DNA from: an uncultured Candidatus Bathyarchaeia archaeon
GTDB lineage: Archaea; Thermoproteota; Bathyarchaeia; TCS64
Direction: 5' to 3'
NCBI GenBank assembly: GCA_964559155.1
Contig: CAZLHA010000004.1
Location: 1-40,152 of the forward strand
DNA: 40,152 nt
In this document: positions 18,141 to 28,615 of the stretch, piece after piece
Layout of the letters: each line of letters opens with the position of its first letter
Position numbering within the stretch: position 1 is the first letter of the stretch
Program-made: the position numbers and the translations under genes
The notes under the pieces: model-generated
Databases searched by the model: none
Told to the model about the DNA's origin: nothing
Seen by the model: only the letters and a program-made list of their open reading frames with translations

Positions 18141-19709
18141 TTGAATATTACACCCGAAGAGGTCCATAAAGAAGCATGGAGCAAAGGAGTAGAAGCCTCA
18201 AAACAGAACAAATATGATAAATACGCTATCTACGCGACGAGAATACTTGCAGTACGACACCCAGAAACATATCTAAAAGCAGATACTCGATTCATAAACC
18301 ATATCACTACTAATCGCGGATACAGCAACAGCTACCGGGTAAAAGATGTACACAGCAAAGAATTCTTAACTGATATGCAGTTCCGAAAGTATCCTTCATT
18401 CAGTTTTGATCAAGTAGATTTCAATGAATTAGATACCGTGAAATTCAGTGAACTCTATCCGGAGGATTATCCCGTATTATCTTATCTGGATAGGCGTATG
18501 CTTCCCGTTGCCACCACTTTGAAGACTAGAAACAACAAGTTAACTGAGCTTGAAAAAGTGGCGTTACTATACCAGAAACATCGCGTTCAGAGACAGGGAT
18601 ATGATGATTTATACATAATTCACTGTGATAATGAGCAAACCTACCTCTCAAATAACGAGAAAATCTTATCCTCCTCCAGTGAAAAAGTTGACAGCATTGA
18701 CGGGGATCCGGTACTGATCTTCAATCAGGATAATGTCTGGTATCCCCTGATGCGGAGAGATGACTCAGCCCAACACCCAAAACTGCTTCGCATAGTCCAA
18801 AAATATGCCTTGGATAACGTAACACCCAAACTGACCGATTTTGAGGAAAAAATGATAAACATCCTCCAGGAGACCACGAAACTTGATAATAAGCAACAAT
18901 TGTTCATGGCAGAGATATGCAGCCTCCGAAGCACAGGACGACAAACATGCACCACTCCCTTATCCGAATGGTTCCCCTTACACAGTTTATGGGATACCGC
19001 ACTACCCGCATCAAAAGCAAGAGCATGGCAATATTATGGATACTTGGAACAGATACTCATAAGATCAAACAAATTGAGCCCCATAGCCGCCTACCTAGCT
19101 GCCCTAAGTCTAAACTCTGAGGGGTACGATAAACTGGTCACCATAAACAAGGAATGGGTAGGAAGAGTCGCGTTACCAAACTATGGATACGTCTGGGGGC
19201 ACCTCTGGGACGAGTGCCTAGTAGAATACAGTATAGATGAGTCCTTCAGGACAAGCGCAGGTCACTGCATGGTACAGGCAATGATAGACAGCGCGGTACT
19301 GGAGATGGTTGACATAGACAACTATATGATGGAGGGCGAGGTACCCGGCAGTCACCACTATGTATGGATACCTGAATACGAAGCCACTTTTGATAATAAC
19401 CGCCTCAAGATATCAATGAACAACGTGATACTGGACTGGCCGCGGGGAAACAAGGTGCTGGCTAGGTTCCACCATGATGGGAAATTCTGTTCCCCCATAG
19501 CCGGGGGAGAGTACAGCGGAAGCTTCAGCCCCGAGGAGTGTGTCGCTGAGATAGATAAACTAGCCTCCACATATGGAAACACGATCCCCATCTACGCTAA
19601 CGGCGAACACGAGACCAAACCCACTGTAAAAAACCGTAACGATCGCGCAATAACAGAGGATTATCATAAACTGCTGGATGAGGAATGGGAGAATCTACAG
19701 CTTCCATAA
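18141..19709 (+). CDS. Hypothetical protein with C-terminal transglutaminase-like (Cys-His-Asp) domain
   Basis: 522-aa ORF with AGGAG SD; GHCMVQA...GSHHYVW...FDN spacing resembles the TGc triad. Confidence 0.75.
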   Translation: MNITPEEVHKEAWSKGVEASKQNKYDKYAIYATRILAVRHPETYLKADTRFINHITTNRGYSNSYRVKDVHSKEFLTDMQFRKYPSFSFDQVDFNELDTVKFSELYPEDYPVLSYLDRRMLPVATTLKTRNNKLTELEKVALLYQKHRVQRQGYDDLYIIHCDNEQTYLSNNEKILSSSSEKVDSIDGDPVLIFNQDNVWYPLMRRDDSAQHPKLLRIVQKYALDNVTPKLTDFEEKMINILQETTKLDNKQQLFMAEICSLRSTGRQTCTTPLSEWFPLHSLWDTALPASKARAWQYYGYLEQILIRSNKLSPIAAYLAALSLNSEGYDKLVTINKEWVGRVALPNYGYVWGHLWDECLVEYSIDESFRTSAGHCMVQAMIDSAVLEMVDIDNYMMEGEVPGSHHYVWIPEYEATFDNNRLKISMNNVILDWPRGNKVLARFHHDGKFCSPIAGGEYSGSFSPEECVAEIDKLASTYGNTIPIYANGEHETKPTVKNRNDRAITEDYHKLLDEEWENLQLP

Positions 19710-19723
19710 AGGAGAAAAAATAC

Positions 19724-20596
19724 ATGATGAATCTAGGGGAAGCTGAACACGTCAAGATAACAGCCGTCGTTGTGGATGATGCGGGCTATGATACCGAGTT
19801 ATGGGGAGAATTCGGATTATCCCTTCTTGTAGATGTAGAGAACCAAGAAGAGAAACTAAGAATACTTGTAGACACTGGGTTAACTTCAATGCCGCTAATT
19901 CACAATATGCAGAAACTAGGAGTAGACCCCGAGAGTATAGACCAGATATTCCTCACCCATTGCCACTATGATCACACAGGTGGCTTAGGCGGCTTAACAG
20001 AGGAAACCAGAGACGGAGTAGAGATCATAGCCCATCCAGAGATATTCAGGAAATGCTACGTTCTCCACCAGGATAATAGATACATTGGAATACCAGACCG
20101 AAGCAACAGGAAAAAAGTAGAGAAAAACGGTGCAAACTGGGTACTAGTAGAAGAACCATACAAATTCATGGACGGAGTAGCCACAACAGGCCAAGTACCC
20201 CGACTAACCAGCTATGAGCCCCTAGAAAATGTGCACATAGAAGTAGATGGGGAATTTGTGCAGGACCCTGAACTAGACGATATAAGCCTAGTAATAAATA
20301 TCAAGAACCGTGGACTGGTCATCGTAGCCGGTTGCAGCCACGCGGGAATAGTCAATATAATGAAACAGGCCAGAAAAATCACTGGAGTTGATGAAATAGT
20401 CGGTGTTATTGGTGGATTCCATCTCAGAGTAGCCGATGAGGAGCAGTTAACGAAAACCATCACGGAGCTGGATAAAACAGAAACGGTCTGCGCTGGTCAC
20501 TGCACGGGGTTTGACGCCATGAAACGTATATCAGATAAAATGGGAGAACGCTTCTCCTTACTACAGTGTGGTAAAACCCTAGAATTCAATCAATAA
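19724..20596 (+). CDS. MBL-fold metallo-hydrolase (MJ0301/dihydropteroate-synthase-like family)
   Basis: LVDTG, THCHYDHTGG, GCSHAG, GGFHL, GHCTG; AGGAG SD before 19724. Confidence 0.9.
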   Translation: MMNLGEAEHVKITAVVVDDAGYDTELWGEFGLSLLVDVENQEEKLRILVDTGLTSMPLIHNMQKLGVDPESIDQIFLTHCHYDHTGGLGGLTEETRDGVEIIAHPEIFRKCYVLHQDNRYIGIPDRSNRKKVEKNGANWVLVEEPYKFMDGVATTGQVPRLTSYEPLENVHIEVDGEFVQDPELDDISLVINIKNRGLVIVAGCSHAGIVNIMKQARKITGVDEIVGVIGGFHLRVADEEQLTKTITELDKTETVCAGHCTGFDAMKRISDKMGERFSLLQCGKTLEFNQ

Positions 20597-20601
20597 AGTA
20601 G

Positions 20602-21828
20602 CTATTTTTCTACACAGATATCCATAATCATCAAGGAATAGATCTTGGCGAAATCAAGATGAGTCTTAATATCTGCCCACTCATCGGGTGCATGAGCATT
20701 TCCTCCACCTGGACCAAACGCCATAGAAGGAATACTAGCTATATTAGTGAGGTAACTGGTATCATTACTGCCACTGGCCCCCAGTGGTTTAAGCTCATAA
20801 CCCATTACCGTGTTTGTAGCCTTCTCGGCTGACTTGAAAAGAGGATGCGTTACAGGGATCTCACTGGGCGGTTTGGATAACGGACTAGTGATGAGTGCCT
20901 CAAGTTCCTCATCTTTACTCCCAAGTTTTCTCACAATGTTTTCAACATCGCTTACGACTTTCTCCGGCTTCATACCGGGTATGGTTCTGACATCACATAT
21001 CGCTTCACAGGTTTCTGGGATTATGTTATCTTTGGTTCCACCCTTGATTATGGTTCCAGGCGCTATCGTTGGATCAGGTAATATACTGTGCTTAGGAAAA
21101 CTGAATTTTGTCTCATTAATAGCTAGTAATAGTTTGCTCATCTTTAGAACCGCGTTTACACCGAGGTGGGGTCTGCTGCTATGGGCTGCTCTCCCCTTTA
21201 CCTTAATGTTAAGCAGGGTTCTTCCACGTACTGCTGGTCTGGCCATTATTTTTCTGTCTCTGGTAGAGGCTTCTCCAACTATCGCCATATCAACATCCTT
21301 CACGTAGCCTTTCTCGCATAGATACTTGGTTCCATAACGACCGAAATACTCTTCATCCGCGACCGCGTGAAAATGAAAATCCCCTAACAGCTCTAGCCCT
21401 GTATCCCGTATAGCCTTAACGGCTATCATTGCTGAGGCTAACGCTCCTTTCATATCCCCACTACCCCGGCCATATACCCGGCCATCTTTTACCTCGCCGC
21501 TGAAGGGATCCACGGACCAATTATCCCTATCCCCCACAGGTACAGTGTCCATGTGACCATTCCACAGCAAGTTACCTCCTTGTTCCTTGCCCTCCAGCAC
21601 ACCGAGAACATTCAATCTATTCTTACCTGACTCCACCAACTCTGTCTTGAAACCAAGACCTTCAAGCTTATCAACAACATATCCTGAGATCCCCTTTTCA
21701 TTTCCCGGTGGATTCTCGCTGGGGATTCTCACCAATTCTTGAATTAACTTAACGAGACTAGACTCTAACCCCGTTACTTTTTCCAATACTCTTTTCTCAA
21801 TAGACGAGTCAACCAAGGTAGCCGCCAA
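20602..21828 (-). CDS. M20 metallopeptidase (ArgE/DapE-like deacylase)
   Basis: NGHMDTVP, GRGSGDMKG, ADEE, VGE, HSS, AHAPDEW. Confidence 0.93.
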   Translation of the reverse strand: MAATLVDSSIEKRVLEKVTGLESSLVKLIQELVRIPSENPPGNEKGISGYVVDKLEGLGFKTELVESGKNRLNVLGVLEGKEQGGNLLWNGHMDTVPVGDRDNWSVDPFSGEVKDGRVYGRGSGDMKGALASAMIAVKAIRDTGLELLGDFHFHAVADEEYFGRYGTKYLCEKGYVKDVDMAIVGEASTRDRKIMARPAVRGRTLLNIKVKGRAAHSSRPHLGVNAVLKMSKLLLAINETKFSFPKHSILPDPTIAPGTIIKGGTKDNIIPETCEAICDVRTIPGMKPEKVVSDVENIVRKLGSKDEELEALITSPLSKPPSEIPVTHPLFKSAEKATNTVMGYELKPLGASGSNDTSYLTNIASIPSMAFGPGGGNAHAPDEWADIKTHLDFAKIYSLMIMDICVEK

Positions 21829-21918
21829 TTAAAGATTACAAAGTATATATTTTACTGCTTGCTCATGAAGAGTATATCTGCCGTCACCATAAATACCCCA
21901 AACACCAAATATTACTCG

Positions 21919-23061
21919 ATGAGGATAGCAGTAATCGCTGATGACTTAACAGGTGCACTAGACACTGGTGTACAGTTCAAACAATGGGGCTATGAAGCTA
22001 AAATAGTAGAAAACCCTGATAACCCCAAGGCACAGGCAGTTATTATCAATACAGACACACGAAACAAGACCCGGGATGAAGCATATCAAATCGTATACAA
22101 TATAGCTGAACAACTAAGAGAATATGATATAATCTATAAGAAAATAGATAGCACCCTCCGAGGAAACCCCGGTGCTGAGATGGAAGCCATTCTCGACGCA
22201 ACAGGCGAAAAACAAGCCATACTCACACCAGCTTATCCCCCTACCATGAGAAGCGTAAAACAAGGTCACCTGTACATAGGGGAAGATGCATTAACCGAGA
22301 CCGAGTATATCCAGGAACACCGGGAGAAAACCAGTTACATACCGGAAATACTAGACATCGATACAGAGACACATATCCTTGCCACTCCAAACAACATCAC
22401 GGAGAATGGTATAATCATCATTGACTCAGACACAGAAAAAGACCTCCAGAAAATAGCCGCCAAGCACACACGCATACTAGCAGGCTCCGCAGGACTAGCC
22501 GACGCTCTCTGTCACACCTTACGCGACCCTCCCCCCGTCATGACAGTGATTGGTAGCACTCGAAGCGAGACAAGGAACCAGGCAGAGCAACTTCATAGAA
22601 GATTGGACGTAGCCATCATCCCCCTCAACACACTAAAAGCCCTAGGCCAGACCCCTCAATACGAGACCATACAGAGAGCACGGAGAGCGTTAAAACAAAG
22701 ACGAGACCTAATCATAACCTCAGCCCCCTCTAGACTAGTAGTTGAACAGACATGGGACGAAGCAAAACGTCTAGACTTATCCCAAAAAGAAATAGAGACT
22801 AGAATAACCATGGCCTTAGCCCAGATAACAGAGGAACTACTCAAAAATGAATTATCCGGGATAATTATTACAGGTGGAGCAACCGCTCAAGCAATAACAA
22901 GACAACTCAAGACCAAAGAGATCACGATACTGGACGAAGTGCAGCCCGGTGTACCAGTAATTAGACTGGACGAGACCCTCGCAGTCACCAAAGCAGGGGG
23001 CTTCGGCCAACCAGACACACTAATCCAAGCAACCAAGTATCTTAGGAGGAAACATAAATGA
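21919..23061 (+). CDS. Four-carbon acid sugar kinase (DUF1537; DtnK/DenK-like)
   Basis: IADDLTGALD, YKKIDSTLRGN, GSAGLA, TGGATA, TKAGGFG. Confidence 0.92.
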   Translation: MRIAVIADDLTGALDTGVQFKQWGYEAKIVENPDNPKAQAVIINTDTRNKTRDEAYQIVYNIAEQLREYDIIYKKIDSTLRGNPGAEMEAILDATGEKQAILTPAYPPTMRSVKQGHLYIGEDALTETEYIQEHREKTSYIPEILDIDTETHILATPNNITENGIIIIDSDTEKDLQKIAAKHTRILAGSAGLADALCHTLRDPPPVMTVIGSTRSETRNQAEQLHRRLDVAIIPLNTLKALGQTPQYETIQRARRALKQRRDLIITSAPSRLVVEQTWDEAKRLDLSQKEIETRITMALAQITEELLKNELSGIIITGGATAQAITRQLKTKEITILDEVQPGVPVIRLDETLAVTKAGGFGQPDTLIQATKYLRRKHK

Positions 23062-24095
23062 AGCCAGTTATAGCCATAACCCTCGGAGACCCAGCAGGAA
23101 TAGGACCAGAGATCATAGTAAAAACTCTCTCCGACCCAGAGACATACAGAATATGCAACCCCTTGGTGGTAGGGGATAGCGACGCCATGAAGATGGGTTT
23201 AGAGGTGGCTGGAGAAAACTTGGAGCTTTATATTATAGAGAAACCAGCCGAAGCAGAATATAGCCACGGCACCATAGACCTCATAGACTTGAGGAACATA
23301 GACCCCGGGAAACTGAAAATGGGTAAACCAGCAGCCATGACCGGAGCAGCCAGCGCAGAATATGTGATCCACGCAGCTGATTTGGCCCTGAATAATGAGG
23401 TAGACGCCATGGTAACCGCTCCATTGAACAAGGAAGCCCTCCATATGGGTGGATACAACTACCCAGGCCACACTGAGCTGCTGGCTGAGAGATCAGGAAC
23501 CAAGCACTACGCTATGATGCTAGCCACCGGTAACCTACGAGTAGTCCATGCAACCACTCACATCCCCTTCAAAGACATAACCGAGCACCTTACCAAAAAG
23601 CGAATCCACACCACAATCCACATCGCTCAACGAGCCTGCCTGAGCCTAGGCATAGATAAGCCCAGAATAGCCATAGCCGGATTAAATCCCCACAGTGGAG
23701 ACGGGGGCTTATTCGGAGACGAGGAAGCAGGAATCATAACCCCCGCTATACTGGAAGCTGTGAATGAGGGCTTAGACGTAGAGGGTCCTGTGCCAGCGGA
23801 CACGGTTTTCGGTAAAGCCGCTGGAGGCCAGTACGATATAGTGGTTGCACTTTACCATGATCAGGGGCATATCCCCGTTAAACTTCTGGGGATGGAATAC
23901 GATGAAGCCACCGGTAAATGGCTCAACGTGGGCGGAGTCAACGTTACACTGGGTCTACGATTCATAAGAACCTCTGTCGACCATGGAACAGCCTATGGTA
24001 AAGCAGGTAGAAAAGAAGGCACAGCGAACCCCGCGAGCCTTAAAGAGGCAGTCAGTTACGCTGTCCAGATGGCTCATGCACGAAAAAACCAATAA
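23058..24095 (+). CDS. pdxA: PdxA-family 4-phospho-threonate/erythronate dehydrogenase (PdxA2)
   Basis: GDPAGIGPE, TAPLNKE, GHTE, LNPHSGD, YHDQG, RTSVDHGTA; overlaps the kinase stop. Confidence 0.95.
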   Translation: MKPVIAITLGDPAGIGPEIIVKTLSDPETYRICNPLVVGDSDAMKMGLEVAGENLELYIIEKPAEAEYSHGTIDLIDLRNIDPGKLKMGKPAAMTGAASAEYVIHAADLALNNEVDAMVTAPLNKEALHMGGYNYPGHTELLAERSGTKHYAMMLATGNLRVVHATTHIPFKDITEHLTKKRIHTTIHIAQRACLSLGIDKPRIAIAGLNPHSGDGGLFGDEEAGIITPAILEAVNEGLDVEGPVPADTVFGKAAGGQYDIVVALYHDQGHIPVKLLGMEYDEATGKWLNVGGVNVTLGLRFIRTSVDHGTAYGKAGRKEGTANPASLKEAVSYAVQMAHARKNQ

Positions 24096-24117
24096 ACCCC
24101 TGGGGCTAAGACAAACC

Positions 24118-25377
24118 ATGCAGCTCCCAAAGATGGCAAAAGCTCAACAATTTTTCGATCAACCAGAAATCAAAGACATTGAATCCAGTATCAGGGAAGA
24201 ACTGGAGAATAAAGAGCTAAAAAAACGGGTAAAACCCGGTCAGAGAATCGCTGTAACCGCTGGAAGCCGGGGGATCGCGAACATACCTTTGATCCTTCGA
24301 ATTATAGTGGATGTGCTTCGAGAAGCCGAGACTGAGCCCTTCCTTCTAGCCGCGATGGGCAGTCACGGAGGAGCTACTCCCGAAGGCCAGATCGAGGTAC
24401 TTCATAGTCTTGGCGTGACTGAGGAAACCGTGGGTGCTCCCATCGAAGCCGGGATGGAAGTAGAAACAGTAGGAACCCTGCCAGACGGTGTGGAGATTTA
24501 TCTCAACCGCATAGCTCTACAGGCTGATGGGGTATTCGTCGCCGGGCGGGTAAAGCCTCACACCGACTTTAAGGGGGAGATAGAGTCCGGGTTACTCAAG
24601 ATGATGGCGATCGGTCTCGGTAACCAGAAGGGAGCGGAGATGATTCACTGGCACCGCTATGATGGTTACCATAGGATACTGCCTGAGGCCGGGAAATTGA
24701 TCGCGGAAAAGACAAACATCGTAATGGGGTTAGCCCTACTGGAGAACGCATACCATAAGACCGCCGAGGTACACGCATTATACCCCGAGGAATTCTACAC
24801 CCGGGAAAAGGAGCTTCTCAGAAAAGCCAAAGACCTGTTACCCAGACTTCCCTTCAAGGATATCGATGTACTGGTAGTGGAGGAGCTAGGTAAGAACATC
24901 AGCGGCGTCGGCATGGACACAAACGTGACAGGCAGATTCTGGATGCCCAACGAACATGACCCACAGGCTCCAAACATCAAAAAGATAGCTGTACTCGACC
25001 TAACCGAGGAAACCCACGGTAACGCTATAGGAATCGGTTTAGCCGATGTAACCACTCGACGCGCCTATGAGAAGATAGATTACCATCAGACCTACGTGAA
25101 CTGTCTAACACAGGGAAGCGGAGAAACCGGAAAGATACCCCCCTTCTTACCCAGTGATAAAGACTCCATCTCTACAGCCATCCGAATCAGTGGACCCGTG
25201 CAACCGGAAAACGCGAAAGTCATCAGGATAAAAAACACTCAGGAACTGGAGACTCTCTACATAAGCGAGGCACTGGTCAAAGAACTACAAAACAATAAAG
25301 ATCTACAGAAAAGACTCAAACTAGTTGAAGAGTTAAAAGAAATGCAGTTCGACGTAATGGGTTACCTAGCGAGATAA
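24118..25377 (+). CDS. LarA-superfamily (DUF2088, lactate racemase domain) protein
   Basis: GSRGIAN, AMGSHGGAT, RVKPHTDF, ESGLLKMMAIGLG...IH. Confidence 0.82.
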   Translation: MQLPKMAKAQQFFDQPEIKDIESSIREELENKELKKRVKPGQRIAVTAGSRGIANIPLILRIIVDVLREAETEPFLLAAMGSHGGATPEGQIEVLHSLGVTEETVGAPIEAGMEVETVGTLPDGVEIYLNRIALQADGVFVAGRVKPHTDFKGEIESGLLKMMAIGLGNQKGAEMIHWHRYDGYHRILPEAGKLIAEKTNIVMGLALLENAYHKTAEVHALYPEEFYTREKELLRKAKDLLPRLPFKDIDVLVVEELGKNISGVGMDTNVTGRFWMPNEHDPQAPNIKKIAVLDLTEETHGNAIGIGLADVTTRRAYEKIDYHQTYVNCLTQGSGETGKIPPFLPSDKDSISTAIRISGPVQPENAKVIRIKNTQELETLYISEALVKELQNNKDLQKRLKLVEELKEMQFDVMGYLAR

Positions 25378-25385
25378 TTGAGAGC

Positions 25386-25958
25386 CTAATAGTTCTCAGG
25401 CATTATCTCATAATACGCCTGCGCATGCTTACACGCCGGGCATAACTCAGGTGCCTCTTTGCCGTGGTGAATGTATCCACAGTTCAGGCAATGCCACTTA
25501 ACTTCCTCGTCACGCTTAAAGACTGTCCCGTTTTTCACGTTCTCAAGCAGCTTTCTGTATCTTTTCTCATGCTCTTCCTCTACTTCAGCTATCTCTGTGA
25601 AGCTCTCAGCTATCTCATCAAATCCCTCCTCCTTCGCGGTCTCCGCGAAGTCAGGGTACAGGGTGCCCCACTCTAGTTTCTCTCCCTCTGCTGCCTCCAG
25701 AAGGTTCTCAGCGGTGGTACCTATCTTGCCAGCAGGATACTCTGCTGTGATCTCCACCATGCCCCCTTCAAGGTACTTGAAGAAGACCTCTGCGTGTTCT
25801 TTCTCGTTAGCGGCTGTCTCCTCAAAGATCCTCTGGATCTGCACGTATCCCTCTTTACGGGCCTTGCTCGCGAAGAAGGTGTACCTGTTTCTAGCTTGGC
25901 TCTCCCCAGCGAAAGACTTGAGGAGATTTTTCTCTGTCTCGCTTCCTTTAATATTCAT
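25386..25958 (-). CDS. rbr: Rubrerythrin
   Basis: AGESQARNRY, EKEHA, EEEHEKRY, C-terminal rubredoxin CLNCGY...CPAC. Confidence 0.97.
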   Translation of the reverse strand: MNIKGSETEKNLLKSFAGESQARNRYTFFASKARKEGYVQIQRIFEETAANEKEHAEVFFKYLEGGMVEITAEYPAGKIGTTAENLLEAAEGEKLEWGTLYPDFAETAKEEGFDEIAESFTEIAEVEEEHEKRYRKLLENVKNGTVFKRDEEVKWHCLNCGYIHHGKEAPELCPACKHAQAYYEIMPENY

Positions 25959-26004
25959 TTTAGGACAGACAAAATTAAGTTGGGTGAGTTAAAAAGGGTG
26001 AGGT

Positions 26005-26853
26005 TTACTCTCTGAACGCGGGTGGTGTGGGTATCTTCTTCCAGCGCCTGATGAACTCGGCGATGAACTCAACCCGCTCCTCAAGTCGAGCCTTATACTC
26101 CTCCGGGTCAGCGTCCAACGGGCTATTCCAGCCATAGATACCATCACTGCTGAAATCATCAGTATCAGGCTCCGAACATGCACCGAACACCTGGGATACC
26201 AGCTCCCAGTCCTCCCTTTCTGGGTTCCGCATCTCTTTGAGTTTCTTGCTCATGTTATTACTGGGTTCCCAGTCCTCTGGCAGACGCCACATCTCCACCA
26301 GCTCCGGGAACAGGGCTAGGGCGGCGCTGGTCTCGTTCTGGCCACTGTGAACATCCCAGTACCGCTGGCTCCGGTCAGTGTACTTCTTGGCTAACTCGGT
26401 GTCACCGGGCCCACTTGGAACTGCCACCATAACCCCGAACTCGCGTTTAGCCACCTGAGCCACCAAGTTCATGGTGTTCGTGTTACCCCCATGACCATTC
26501 ATCAAGACGAATCGGTTAACCCCATGATAAGCCAACGAACCAATAGTATCCATCAAGACCCCCATCAAGGTCTCCCAGCTAAACGTAATAGACCCAGCGA
26601 ACCCCATATGATGAGGACTATACCCCGGCCAACACGGGTGAACACACACGCTGTTAGTACGCGAAGCAACCTTATGTACAATGGCCTTCACAGCCAATGA
26701 ATCCATACCCAAGGGCAGATGAGGCCCATGCTGCTCAATACTCCCAATACCGATCACAACCACAGGCACCTCCTCGTTCTCCAACCAGTCCTCAAACGCG
26801 GGACGAGTCAACTCCGTAATCCAAAACTTGCTAAGCTTTCCATTCTCAGACAT
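26005..26853 (-). CDS. Creatininase/creatinine amidohydrolase family protein (copy A)
   Basis: GSIEQHGPHLPLGMD, NGHGGN, HSGQNETS. Confidence 0.92.
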   Translation of the reverse strand: MSENGKLSKFWITELTRPAFEDWLENEEVPVVVIGIGSIEQHGPHLPLGMDSLAVKAIVHKVASRTNSVCVHPCWPGYSPHHMGFAGSITFSWETLMGVLMDTIGSLAYHGVNRFVLMNGHGGNTNTMNLVAQVAKREFGVMVAVPSGPGDTELAKKYTDRSQRYWDVHSGQNETSAALALFPELVEMWRLPEDWEPSNNMSKKLKEMRNPEREDWELVSQVFGACSEPDTDDFSSDGIYGWNSPLDADPEEYKARLEERVEFIAEFIRRWKKIPTPPAFRE

Positions 26854-26953
26854 ACAAAATAATCACACAAACAAGAATAAAACACCACCCACAAAGAACA
26901 AACCCCATCCCCGCCCCACAAGACACAAAAACACCGAACACTAAACACACACT

Positions 26954-27598
26954 ATGCTACTGGTACGGTGGCACGGACACAGCTGTTTTGAGTTAACCGA
27001 TAGCCAAACCACCGTAATCACGGATCCTCATGACGGAGACTCCCTGAACCTTCCACCTCCACCCAAAACCGCAGACGCAGTAACCATAAGCCATGATCAC
27101 CAGGACCACATCAGCGACGCAAACAAATACACCTGCCCAATACTCAAAGAACCCATCCAGGAAACAATAGGAACCGCATATCTCAAGGGAGTCGAATGCT
27201 GGCACGACGACCAACGAGGAAAACGCCTAGGACCAAACATTGCCTGGAACATAATCCTCAACGGAATCCAGATAACCCACCTAGGTGACCTGGGTCACTT
27301 CTTGAAGACGACTCAGATGTCCCAGATCGGATCCCCCGAGATCTTAATCGTGAACACCGGGACCGACACAGTACTTGCAGACAACAACATCGCCTTACTG
27401 AGCCCCCGGGTAATCATCCCCATGCATTACCATACACCAGGCATCGATTTCCCCTTCTACCCCCTGAAAACCTTACAGGATTTCATGGAGGGAAAAGATA
27501 ACGTGGAACACATCGGCACCATACATACCTATACACGTGAAGAGATCCCCCACCGCCCAGTAATACACGTCTACGATGCCCTTAGAAAACAGAAATAA
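26954..27598 (+). CDS. MBL-fold metallo-hydrolase (Lactamase_B_3-like)
   Basis: WHGHSCF, TDP, SHDHQDH, HLGDLG, IPMHY. Confidence 0.9.
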   Translation: MLLVRWHGHSCFELTDSQTTVITDPHDGDSLNLPPPPKTADAVTISHDHQDHISDANKYTCPILKEPIQETIGTAYLKGVECWHDDQRGKRLGPNIAWNIILNGIQITHLGDLGHFLKTTQMSQIGSPEILIVNTGTDTVLADNNIALLSPRVIIPMHYHTPGIDFPFYPLKTLQDFMEGKDNVEHIGTIHTYTREEIPHRPVIHVYDALRKQK

Positions 27599-27621
27599 AC
27601 CCAGCCCCCCACTACTTAACC

Positions 27622-28584
27622 ATGAACCCCCCCACATTACTCGATATCATGCAAGCCGCTGAGAGAATCAAACCATACCTCAACCCCTCACCCTTATACA
27701 CCTACCCCACCCTCAACGAGCACCTGGGTTTCACAGCCTACATCAAACACGAGAACTATAACCCCACAGGAGCCTTCAAGATCAGGGGCGGCATAAACCT
27801 CATCAGCCAGCTAACACCAGAGGAGAAGAATCGTGGCGTTATAACCGCCAGTACTGGAAACCATGGTCAGAGCATAGCCCTCGCCTCCAAGATATTCAAC
27901 GTGGATGCCCATATCTGTGTACCCGAAGAAGCTAACCCAATAAAGGTCTCGGCCATACGAATGCACGGAGCGGAGATCCATGAGAAGGGCAAAGACTTTG
28001 ATGAAGCAGTAGAGAACGGGAAAAAAATAGCCGAGGAACACGGATACAGGTTCATAAACAGCGGCAACGAGCCGCTCCTAATCGCCGGGGTGGGAACCAT
28101 AGGCCTCGAGATAATGCAACAGCAACCAGATATAGACACCGTGATAAGCCCCGTGGGAAGCGGAACGGGAGCCGGTGGGGCAGCTACCGCTATAAAAGCC
28201 TTGAATCCCAACGTCAAAGTCATCTCTGTACAAGCCGAGAAGGCACCCAGCATCTACATGAGTTACAGGAGCGGTGAACTAGAGTCCACATCCACCGCTG
28301 AGACCTTCGCCGATGGGTTAGCCACGAGAAACGCATTCAAACTACCTCTCGGCATTCTTAGGAGCCATGTCGATGACTTCATACTAGTATCCGAGGACGA
28401 GATGCGAGAAGCCATCAAGCTCTACCTTATGCACTGTCACACGGTGGCCGAAGGCGCCGGAGCAGCTAGCCTCGCAGCAGCTCTTAAGCTGAGAGACGAG
28501 TTGAAGAACAAGAAAGTGGCACTAGTACTCAGCGGCGGTAACATTACCTATGAGGAATTACTGCGTTGCATATATAATTCATAG
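27622..28584 (+). CDS. PLP-dependent threonine/serine dehydratase (no ACT domain)
   Basis: KHENYNPTGAFKIRG, STGNHG, PVGSG, EGAGA, LSGGN. Confidence 0.93.
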   Translation: MNPPTLLDIMQAAERIKPYLNPSPLYTYPTLNEHLGFTAYIKHENYNPTGAFKIRGGINLISQLTPEEKNRGVITASTGNHGQSIALASKIFNVDAHICVPEEANPIKVSAIRMHGAEIHEKGKDFDEAVENGKKIAEEHGYRFINSGNEPLLIAGVGTIGLEIMQQQPDIDTVISPVGSGTGAGGAATAIKALNPNVKVISVQAEKAPSIYMSYRSGELESTSTAETFADGLATRNAFKLPLGILRSHVDDFILVSEDEMREAIKLYLMHCHTVAEGAGAASLAAALKLRDELKNKKVALVLSGGNITYEELLRCIYNS

Positions 28585-28615
28585 GATTAAATTCCCCCCT
28601 GACCTAGTCTATTAT

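Noticed and set aside
25712-25724. 13-bp match (CGGTGGTACCTAT) to the core of the Cas2-flanking repeat
   Set aside because: It encodes the conserved IGTT of rubrerythrin and lacks the TTTC/GAAA arms; treated as chance, though worth a glance if more copies appear
25471-25992. 173-aa plus-strand ORF and the many other antisense or nested ORFs in the track
   Set aside because: Shadow frames of well-supported genes
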